Assembly (NCBI RefSeq): GCF_036588685.1
Contig: NC_086378.1
Span: forward strand, 84,878,001 to 84,942,000
From: Mytilus trossulus
Taxonomy: Eukaryota
Length of the DNA: 64,000 bases
Direction: 5' to 3'
A program made the position numbers and the translations under genes. This document shows, piece by piece, positions 40,120 through 50,142 of this stretch. Each line of letters begins with the position of its first letter. The first letter of the stretch is position 1. The notes below the pieces were generated by a model. That model saw nothing but the letters and a program-made list of their open reading frames with translations, searched no databases and was not told where the DNA came from.

Positions 40120-41387
40120 CTACCCTTTTGATTTTTTAGGTGCAATGTTATCAGTAGGTGTTGGTGGGGTATGATTTCTTGCTGCGGTTCTTCTTGCATT
40201 TTTTGGAGTTCTTACAAATTTATCAATTGATTGTTGTGATTTGTCATTGCCTGAGTTACTGACATTTGATATTTGCACATTTTTTGTTGAACCTGTTCTT
40301 GTACCACTGTGTTTGCTAGACCCAATACTATGTTGTAATGGTTTAAGTATCGATGTGTTAGATGTTTTGTCAGTTGTTTCAGACATTTGTTCTTTTGTCT
40401 GAGCCTCATTGGACTGTAGATTTACATCAGCACTTTCATTAACATCAACCTCTGAGTTTTCATCATTTTATGTTCACTTTGAAGGTCAGTTGGGCAGTCT
40501 ATCATTGTATGCCCACTTTCTTTGCAAGTTCTACAAACCCAGTCATTTGGACATTCATATATCAAGTGACCAGGCTTCAAGCATTTATGACAATTTTTTA
40601 CATTGTTTTCATAATTGATGCTTCTGTTGAATTCAGGTTGTCCAGCATGGAAAACCCTAGCCATGTATTTGTCTATCTGCAGATTTCTTGGTATGGTCTT
40701 GTCTAGTACCTTGCTGATAACCACTCTGTCACCAGTCTGGCAAGCAGTTAATTCACCATTGACTCTCCGATATTCTCGGAAAAGGTCTTGAATATCACAC
40801 CCTTGTAGGGTTAGAGCTCTGTGGATTTGTCCATCGTCAGCGGACAGAGAGACATTCTTCACCTTAATACGAATAGTATTTTCATGAAGCCTACCAGGAT
40901 TGCGAGGATTTTGCGAGTACAGGGGCACCTGCCTGCCACGCAGGTTAAGCCCTGTCACTAACAAAGACAGTCTGTCCTCTTCGTTGTCCATATAAAGGCG
41001 CCACATTTCTCTGATCCGTTGAATACCTTTAATACACTCTGCAGGGACTTTGGAACCTATGGCATTGTATATCTCTACATTTGTGAGCCAAAGAGTTCTT
41101 GGGGGTTTTACTGAGCCATGTACATCTTCGTCTTTCAGAAAGATGGGTTTTACAAAGTTTCCGGTATCATTTCTTTGAGGTGTCTCAGATTGATTGTTTT
41201 CAGTTTGTTTGTTTTGAGTTTTACCAGTGACTACTTCAGAAAAAGACGCCATTTTTTCTTTGTTTTGATTATGTTCATTCACTTCATTTCCGTCAGATTC
41301 ACTTTCTTCGTTTTGTAGAACACTCAGGGGGCGTTTCATGCGATCAGCAGTCATACGCGTACATATTGCTTCAAGTTGTGGATCCAT
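40120..41387 (-). pseudogene. L1/Tx1 ORF1 (gag-like, two CCHC zinc knuckles), one frameshift
   Basis: CHKCLKPGHLIYEC and CRTCKESGHTMIDC; frameshift at ~40465 into the low-complexity tail ending KKSKG*. Confidence 0.85.
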
Positions 41388-41467
41388 CTTACCTCTATTT
41401 CATTAATAATTAAACTTTTTTAACGGAGTGCTATCTCAACGAGCCTAAGCAACAAGGGAAATCACTC

Positions 41468-41830
41468 TTTTTGACAGGTACGTGTCGTCGACAGACCCAA
41501 CAATATCATCAACATAACTGTTATTAAGAATGATTTCGGCTGACTCTGGATATATATCTCAACTCATCTCCGCAGTCATTCCTAATGCAACTATCGCAAT
41601 TGTGAAACTTGGTCTGTCCCCAAAATGTACTGACTTCAACACATAACATGCCGATGTCTGCTTGCCAGAAGATCTCACCACACAGACCGATGTTTGTTGA
41701 TCAAAACCTGAGAGTTTTAAGACATTGTAAATATTTGAAATGTCCCCTGCTTTTCAAATTCTATTTTGTCGAAATATTAGCAGCACCACTTGTATGGCAT
41801 TCAATGCACATAATCTTTTATTAGATGTCC
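41468..41830 (-). mobile_element. Decayed BEL/Pao RT relic, 5' part (YVDD)
   Basis: VLLIFRQ...AGDISNIY; VHFGDRPSFTIAIVAL...AEIILNNSYVDDIVGSVDD. Confidence 0.7.
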
Positions 41831-43786
41831 CATGTCTGTGGCGAGGGAAATAAATCAATCCTGATTACCAGATCCGGCTTTGTATCGATCTGATGAGTTA
41901 AGCCTGTTTTGACTGATTTTTAAAGTTTGTTCTTCGTTAATTGTTTGTTATAAATTAGGTCGTTAGTTGTCTCAATTGAATTGTTTCGTATATTTGATGT
42001 CGGGGCCTCAAACAGTCGACTTTATGGTATGGATTTTTTCTCATCGTGAAGACTGTACTGCTGCCTACAAATGCTGACATCCACTTTATTTGAACTTTCG
42101 TGGAAAGTTGTCTTGTCTACCTGCAATCATACCTCATCTTCTTATTTGTATTTTAAAGACAGGTTTCAGTTCCTCATTTTATGGCAGATAATTGTAATGG
42201 TCACTCGTAATTCTTGACCTTGGTATCTGAGAGTTTTATAGCAAGGACACTGTTCTTGTGTGGACGTAGCGCGCGTCTGGCCTGTTGGATTTTTAACCAG
42301 GTATCTGTTGTTATCTATTAATCGTTTGTTTCTCTGTCCTTTATTTTCTCCCATTTATTTGTATTGTAGTCCTGTCATGTAATATTGTCATTTTAATTTT
42401 ATAATTAACATTGCCATTAAAGTAGGTGGTTTGGCATGCCACTAAACCAGGTTCAACCCACCATTTTTATCTTTCAATGGCCTGTACCAAGTCAGGGAAA
42501 TTGCCATTGTTATATTATAGTTCGTTTCTGTGTGTGTGTTACATTTTAATCTTGTGTTTCTGTTGTGTCGTAGTTCTGTTATATTTGATGCGTTTCCCTC
42601 AGTTTTAGTTTGTAACTCGGATTTGTTTTTTCTCTATAGATTTATGAATTTCGTACAGCGGTATACTACTGTTGCCTTTATTCAACCATATCTAAAATTT
42701 GATCGCGATTTGCATTAGCTGCTCGTCGTAAGCGTTTCGGGTTGAAAATTCTATTCCACTGTTATACTGGTGAGATATTGAACTAGCTAAAAAAAAACGG
42801 AAATGCCTGTACCAAATTCGGAATATCACAGTTATTTCTGTTGGTTTGATGAGTTTGGTTTGATGAGTTTGGTTTTGTTATTTTATAAAAGACTTTCCGT
42901 TATTTTACTTTTGACTCTAGACGATGTATTTCTACTCTGATATTGTTGGGCAACTCTGTTATCCTAGGATAAGATACAGTCTTGCATTGACAAAAAAGTA
43001 ATCCAAGCTTTCCTTAAGACCATTATAGATCTTAGATGCTTGCTACTATTGTTATTTGTCTCCATATAAATGATAAATACGTACGTAATGATGGGTCACA
43101 ATTGGCATTTGAAGAAGACAGTGACTACCTCGCAAACAGTAACCTTATTGGTTTTTCGTCAATTGAAGATGTCCTACTTGTTCAATCTTTGTACTCAGCA
43201 ATAACTACCTAAATAACAGCAAATAAAATGTGAACTATTTTTCAGGTCGAATAACATCCTTTGTCTTTCAAGCTGTTGAATAGTTTATCAATTCTATGAC
43301 TATCCACCCTAGAAACGTCTGATGTAACCTGTTTCATTCTATACGCCCTTATTGTCCATTCTTTTCTTATCAGTCTTGATATGTGAAAATCACATTGTCT
43401 GCGAATCAAATCTGCTATAGTCTGACCATTCAATCTACTGAAGGCCGTACATTTACCAATATCATTCTTCATACCAACATTTTTTTTGGTTAATTCTCCT
43501 ATTAGACTTCATTCCAACATCATCGTTTCGTCCAGATTTGATCATATTGTTACCGTGTGTTATCAGATAACTACTAGTTAGGACGTTTTGGCCATGCTGT
43601 TAAGTATGAAAATAAGTAATGACTTTATTTAAAGAGGGTGACTCAATTAGCTTTCGCTAATCTACCTTGAGGCCCTCACAAAGAAGAAACAGTACAAATA
43701 TTACAAAGCTTACAGTTTCTTACATAGTATGTAAATGCACTATTCATGCTAACTATAAATTGTTTGTAGAACAAGAAAAAAATAAA

Positions 43787-43789
<3 letters not shown>

Positions 43790-43822
<33 letters not shown>
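43790..43822. repeat. (TA)n microsatellite
   Basis: About 16 TA units seen directly. Confidence 0.95.
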
Positions 43823-43824
<2 letters not shown>

Positions 43825-44636
43825 ACTCGTCTAAACATCAACCCAACAATGTTAGATCTGTAAATTTGCGTTCGCAAATTTTTGGTTCTTTCCTCGCCGG
43901 GATTCGAACCCATGCTACTGTGATATCGTGACACCAAATCGCCTGCACTGCAGCCGTCCCGCTAGACCACACGACCACCTGGGCTCTCAAAAAAGAGCTT
44001 TCGCTGGCCATGTGTTACCTTTCCACGTCAGTTTTAATCTAGCGGCGTACTACAGTACATGATGTATAAGGCATGAAGATGTTATTGTTACAGATCAGCT
44101 AAATTATCTATAGTAAAGGATCCTACAAATTAATGTAAGATACAGTCACAGAAAAAAATTATATTCATAAGTACGTCTGAGTCAGTGACAACCCTACAAC
44201 AGATGTAACCATCGGATCGCCATCAATGATGGTGATACATGGCTGTGTACATAATGTATATACAACTCGTCTAAACATCAACCCAACAATGTTAGATCTG
44301 TAAATTTGCTTTCGCAAATTTTTGGTTCTTCCCTCGCCGGGATTCGAACCCATGCTACTGTGATATCGTGACACCAAATCGCCTGCACTGCAGCCGTCCC
44401 GCTAGACCACACGACCACCTGGGCTCTCAAAAAAGAGCTTTCGCTGGCCATGTGTTACCTTTCCACGTCAGTTTTAATCTAGCGGCGTACTACAGTACAT
44501 GATGTATAAGGCATGAAGATGTTATTGTTACAGATCAGCTAAATTATCTATAGTAAAGGATCCTACAAATTAATGTAAGATACAGTCACAGAAAATAATT
44601 ATATTCATAAGTACGTCTGAGTCAGTGACAACCCTA
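43822..44636 (-). repeat. Tandem 440-bp unit (~1.9 copies) with a tRNA-derived Pol III promoter
   Basis: Minus-strand A-box-like TGGTCGTGTGG (44407-44417) and B box GGTTCGAATCC (44340-44350; 43900-43910); exact 440-bp offset. Confidence 0.75.
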
Positions 44637-44639
44637 AAA

Positions 44640-47600
44640 TGTCTAAGAATATAACTTAAACACACTAATTAATACATTAAAAAGTTCTATTAGATGTTAA
44701 AAAGAAATACGCAATATTTCGCTAAACAAATTAGCTTCATCGGGCGTGTGCATCTCTCAAGGTGAAATCGGATGCATGAAAAAAATATTTTTGTAGCTTA
44801 ATCTATACAAGAGTTGAAAGAGAGTGTAACATATTGATTTATGTTGCATAAAATATGTTTGTAGCTACAACTACGTGAAGTTGGAATAAAAGTTTAACAC
44901 ATTTATAGATGTTCGATTAATTGTATGAATTTCTATAAATTAATTTGTATTATTTTAAGATAATTATGGTTTTGGTTTGCTTTTAAATCTTTTTTCGTCT
45001 CTCTCATTGAGTCCATCAAGTTCAAGAGTTCGTAACTGGTGCATCCAAAATCTCTCTCTTTTTTGTCTTCCTTGTGTATCCCAATTTTGATTTTTCTCAA
45101 TGATTTGAAATGTGACGTTTTCAAAATCATGTCCAGCTCTTAAAAGGTGTCTTGTAATTGGGCAGTTCCTTTCTTTTGTATAAAATGACCGATGGTTATT
45201 TAGTCGGATGTTAAATGGTGTTTCTGTTTCACCAACATATTGTAATCTGCAAGTTCCACACGTTAGAACATAAATGCAATTTTGCGTTTGCAATTTGATG
45301 TTATAAATATGTTGAAATTTTTCTTTGTGACTGTGCTGAAGAACTGGGTTTCGATGTTGGCGACTTTACAGCACTTTCAATTGTCCCTTCTGCATGACTT
45401 ATAACCTCCGATTGTTGATATTTCCTGTTTAGATACTTTGGATGTTACTAGAATATCTTTGAGGTTTTTGGGTCTGCGGTAAGCCATAACGGGAGGTGAT
45501 GGAAAAATCTCTCTCAAGGAAGGATCATTTTCAATAAGACGCCAGTGTTTGTGGACAATTGATGAAAGATTTGTCAGGTGAGGATGAAAGCTAACAACAA
45601 ACGGGATTTTATTTGTCTGGGCCGTCTTTTCTTTGTATTCAAGTAGGTTTGTTCGGTCTTTTTCTTTTGCTTTCCCGAAAGCTTCTGAAATACTTTTGTT
45701 CTTATAACCTCTTGATTTGAGTTGCTGTCTGAGTTGCCTTAAACAATGGTTTAATTTAGATTCCGATGAACAAATCCGTTTTAACCTGATGGCTTGGCTG
45801 TACGGAATGCTCCGGGAGCAGTGTTTCGGGTGACAACTCTTCGGAGAGAGAAATTGGTGTTTATCAGTTTTTTTGGTGTGAAGGTCAGTTGTCACGACTC
45901 CGTTTTCTAAAGTTATGGTGGTGTCGAGAAACGCAATTTTCTCATTTGAAACTTCAGATGTGAACTTTATCAATTGATGAAAGTTGTTACAGAAATCGAA
46001 AAATTCTTGCAGACGTTCTGCAGTTTCGTTCCATTTGATGTCGATGTCATCAATATAACGGAGACAAGACAAGGGTTTGTATGGTACATTCGTAAGGATG
46101 CGTTCTTCGAGACTCCCCATGAAAATGTTGGCAAAAGAAGGTGCCATTTTGGTTCCCATACTGGTACCGTCAACCTGCAAGTAGTGCTGGTCGTTGAATA
46201 CAAAATTGTTGTTTTCAAGCACTAGTCTCAGCAAATGAACCAGACAGTCTGTTGGGGGATGTTTATCCTTACGATTGTTCCATACTTGTTCACAAGCGAC
46301 TATTCCTTCATTTTTGGGAATATTTGTGTATAAAGAAGACACATCCATCGATACCAAAATTGTGTTGTTTGGTAATGGATTTAATGAATCCATTTTCTTC
46401 AAATAATCTGTAGTATCTTGAATGTAAGATGGCATTGTTCTAACATGTGGTCTGAGATGGTAATCCCCAAATTCAGATATTTTTTCGGTTGGATGTCCAT
46501 TTGCAGATACTATAGGTCTTCCCGGACTCCCTTCTTTATAAAGTTTTGGGAGCAAGTAAAATCGACCGGCTGTGCAGGTTTCATCAGGGCGTAGATAGTC
46601 GTACGTGTCGTCATCTATATGTTTTTTGCTGTTCATGTCTGAAAGGACCTCATTAATGTGTTCACTTATTTTCTTGGTAGGATCACTTTCTAAATGTTTG
46701 TAAAATTTTGTATTTGAAAGCTGACGATTCCCTTCTTCAATGTAGTCGGTTTTGTTGATCACTACAACTGCACTTCCTTTGTCTACTTGTTTAATAACAA
46801 TATCATCACGGCTTTTTAAATTATTTATGGCCTGGCTTTCTTGTTCAGAGAGATTCCGTAAACCTTTGCCGCTGACTGATGATTTTACTTCAGTTTTAAT
46901 TGATGATATAAAGGATTCTAAATTGTCATTCTTACTCCTTGGTGGATTCCATTCGCTTTTCTTTTTAAATCTTGGGATGCACTTGTCCTCTTTATCACTC
47001 TCATATTCCGAATCATTCATTCCGGCTCCTTGTAAAAAAAAATTGTGTTGCCTATTAAAATGTTCTTTTAGGCGAAGACGTCTTGCAAATTGATCCACGT
47101 CTGTCTCCAGTTGTAGGTTGTTAATGTTTGCTGGTATAGGACAGAAGTTTAGACCTCTACTTTATAATTTTTCTTCGGAGTTGGTTAATTATGTTGACGA
47201 TAGATTAACAACTAAATTATTCTCCGCGGGTCGTGTCCGTTTTTTGAAACGTCTTTCTCTTAGTTGTTTTGAATCACTCTCTTTTAAAATATTATTTATA
47301 TCAAAATTTGAAAATTGCTGTTTAAGACCATCTCTGGTGAATTTATTTTGTTGCTTGGTTTTGTAATTTTGACTTTCTATTCTTTCAATATCGGATAATC
47401 TTTTCTTGATTAAATCCATGTCTCCGTTAGTAATGGACATTGGTGGTTTAGAAAGTATTTCATTTATTCCAGAGTTGATTTGTTTATATGAATAGATAGA
47501 AAAGCAGAGTAAAAGTTGGAGAAGCCGTAAAGAACAATTGAATAAAGTTTCGTCCCAACGTTTCAGAAATCTGAAGGACTTTACACCCGGTGTTTGTGGG

Positions 47601-47723
47601 GTCAATTTAATATTTAACCCGTTTGGTATTTTGTTGTTATAAATATATGATTTAATGTTTGAAACATGATGTTCAACTTGTATTTTCTGTTTTGTTAAAC
47701 TTCGTAGTTTGTTAAAATAACTT
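44640..47723 (-). mobile_element. Penelope-like element with RT, Cys linker and C-terminal GIY-YIG (Neptune-like), 5'-truncated and disrupted
   Basis: GLNFCP, DKG, FYLLPK, GRPIVS, DVSSLYT, GTSMGTKMAP, RYIDD, CxxxxXxxC linker, IYVLTCGTCRLQYVGET...RLNNH...RERFW...GLN; stop at 44964. Confidence 0.9.
44707..44749 (-). ncRNA. Minimal PLE-type hammerhead (U4C core variant) in the 3' region of the Neptune-like PLE
   Basis: ACACGC-CCGATGA-A-GCTAA-TTTGT-TTAGC-GAAA-TA-TT-GCGTAT; very short palindromic stem III (AATATT). Confidence 0.55.
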
Positions 47724-47996
47724 AGACGTTTAAAAAACGGACACGACCCGCGGAGAATAATTTAGTTGTTAATCTATCGTCAACAGAATTAACCAACTCC
47801 GAAGAAAAATGATTAAGTAGAGGTCTAAACTTCTGTCCTATACCAGCAAACATTAACAACCTACAACTGGAGACAGACGTGGATCAATTTGCAAGACGTC
47901 TTCGCCTAAAAGAACATTTTAATAGGCAACACAAAAAATCTTACAAGAAGCCGGAATGAATGATTCGGAATATGAGAGTGATAAAGAAGACAAGTG
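47724..47996 (+). repeat. Inverted duplication of PLE segment 46980-47254 at the element's 5' junction
   Basis: Reverse complement of 46980-47254 with independent substitutions. Confidence 0.9.
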
Positions 47997-48193
47997 AGCT
48001 CATCTATACTTTGGAATAAACTACCAAATGTAATAAAATGTTGTGAAAACCTGGACACTTTTAAACAAAAATGTGTTGATTTCTTGACTATAAATGATTT
48101 ATAACAACTAACTCAAATATTCTAATGATTTGTATGTTATATATAATGTCTAAAAATAGCAACAATCATCATTCAATCTATCTGAGCGTGGAT

Positions 48194-49476
48194 CACTTTT
48201 TTGGTCTTTTGGAAAATGTTGTTTGTGCTGTATTTAGACCCTTCTACAACGAAATTTGTTTTACATGCACACGTATAAAAATTGCGGTTTTTATCCAACG
48301 CAATCATAGGTTTGAACGTAGTTTTCAATTTAGACTCGTTTATATTTTTTCATTTGTGGCTTGTATCATATTTTCCCTCCAGTTTATATGATCCGTTCAT
48401 CCTATATTGACTCTTAGAATTCAAGAGTCTATCTAAAAAAGAGGGTACTTTTTTCTAAAAATGAGGGTACTTTTTATATGGCCTTCCAAATACCGTTTCG
48501 ATCCCTAACATCACTGAAGAGACATTTATTGTCGAAATCCGGATCTGGTGTACAAAAAAAATATTGACACCTTATGTTTGTGGCATAGCATCGTGGCCAC
48601 ACGTTAATTGTTTTCTGTTTAGTATTAAATTGATATTAAGATCCTTTTTGTTACATCTTGTGATCAATTTTATTTTTGCAATCGCCAATGGCAGTCAGCA
48701 GGGTTAAAGAACATCAGTTGTTCGACCTGTTAGTCAAATGCGTTTTGTTTAAATATACTTTTTCACTTTTTTGGTCTTTTGGAAAATGTTGTTTGTGCTG
48801 TATTTAGACCCTTCTACAACGAAATTTGTTTTACATGCACACGTATAAAAATTGCGTTTTTTATCCAACGCAATCATAGGTTTGAACGTAGTTTTCAATT
48901 TAGACTTGATTATATTTTTTCATTTGGTCTTGTATCATATTTTCCCTCCGGTTTATATGATCCGTTCATCCTATATTGACTCTTAAAATTCAAGAGTCTA
49001 ACTAAAAATGAGGGTACTTTTTTTAAAAATTAGGGTACTTTTTATATGGCCTTCCAAATACCGTTTAGATCCCTAACATCACTGAAGAGACATTTATTGT
49101 TAAAATCCGGATATGGTGTACAAAAAAATATTGACACCTTATGTTTGTGGCATTACATCGTGGCCACACGTTAATTGTTTTCTGTTTAGTATTAAATTTA
49201 TATTAAGATCCATTTTGTTACATCTTGTGATCAATTTTATTTTGCAATCGCCAATGGCAATCAGCAGGGTTAAAGAACATCAGTTGTTCGACCTGTTAGT
49301 CAAATGCGTTTTGTTTAAATATACTTTTTCACTTTTTTGGTCTTTTGGAAAATGTTGTTTGTGCTGTATTTAGACCCTTCTACAACGAAATTTGTTTTAC
49401 ATGCACACGTATAAAAATTGTGGTTTTTATCCAACGCAATCATAGGTTTGAACGTAGTTTTCAATTTAGACTCGTT
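48194..49476 (+). repeat. Tandem ~570-bp units (~2.3 copies) with a hammerhead, ending in (TA)n; pLTR/retrozyme-like
   Basis: Units start at 48194, 48764 and 49330; (TA)n at ~49477-49492. Confidence 0.85.
48508..48551 (+). ncRNA. Type I hammerhead ribozyme (second family)
   Basis: ACATCA-CTGAAGA-GACA-TTTAT-TGTC-GAAA-TCCGGA-TC-TGGTGT; palindromic stem III ATCCGGAT; AUC cleavage after 48545. The copy at 49076-49119 has GAAA>AAAA and is probably dead. Confidence 0.85.
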
Positions 49477-50026
49477 TATATATATATATATAGTTAGACA
49501 GCAAATAAAACTGAGAATGGAAATGGGGAATGTGTCAAAGAGACAACAACCCGACCAAATAAAAAACAACAGCAGAAAGTCACCAACAGGTCTTCAATGT
49601 AGCGAGAAATTCCCGCACCCGGAGGCGTCCTTCAGCTGGCCCCTAAACAAATATATACTAGTTCAGTGATAATGAACGCCATACTAATTTCCAGATTGTA
49701 CACAAGAAACTAATATAAAAATAATACAAGACTAACAAAGGCCAGAGGCTCCTGACTTGGGACAGGCGCAAAAATGCAGCGGGGTTAAACATGTTTGTGA
49801 GATCTCAACCCTCCCCCTATACCTCTAACCAATGTAGAAAAATAAACGCATAACAATACGCACATTCAAATTCAGTTCAAGAGAAGTCCGAGTCTGATGT
49901 TAGAAGATGTAACTAAAGAAAATAAACAAAATGACAATAATACATAAATAACAACAGACTACTAGCAGTTAACTGACATGCCAGCTCCAGACTTCAATTA
50001 AACTGACTGAAAGATTATAATTTCAT

Positions 50027-50091
50027 CATATGAACATCAGGCACAATCCTTCCCGTTAGGGGTTTAGTATCATACCATCATAACATATATG
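50027..50091 (-). promoter_or_regulatory. Type II SECIS element
   Basis: 5'-CAUAUAUGUU AUGAU GGUAUGAUACU AAA C CCC UAAC GGG A AGGAUUGUGCC UGAU GUUC AUAUG-3'. AUGA, 12 nt, AA, 25 nt, GA; UGAU/UGAU quartet; 11-position helix II with 10 pairs; apical mini-stem; helix I CAUAU/AUAUG. Confidence 0.85.
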
Positions 50092-50142
50092 AGAAGAACA
50101 TAACCCGTGTCATGCCAACAACTGTTTTTAGAATAAATGTCT

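Larger units (their letters stand above)
29012..41467 (-). mobile_element. Apparently full-length L1/Tx1-clade LINE carrying nested insertions
   Basis: ORF1, spacer, ORF2 and poly(A) tail (T-run 29012-29025). The flanks rejoin into one BEL/Pao RT at an A-run target. Confidence 0.8.

Noticed and set aside
43242-43472. 76-aa minus-strand ORF, possibly more of the BEL/Pao relic
   Set aside because: No diagnostic motif I can support.
43890-43990. Functional tRNA gene
   Set aside because: A and B boxes are present, but there is no acceptor stem or cloverleaf and it is embedded in a tandem repeat.
43985-44040. Hammerhead in the 440-bp unit (minus-strand CUGACGU...GCGAAAGCUC)
   Set aside because: Core A9 is missing and stems I and II are not convincingly paired.
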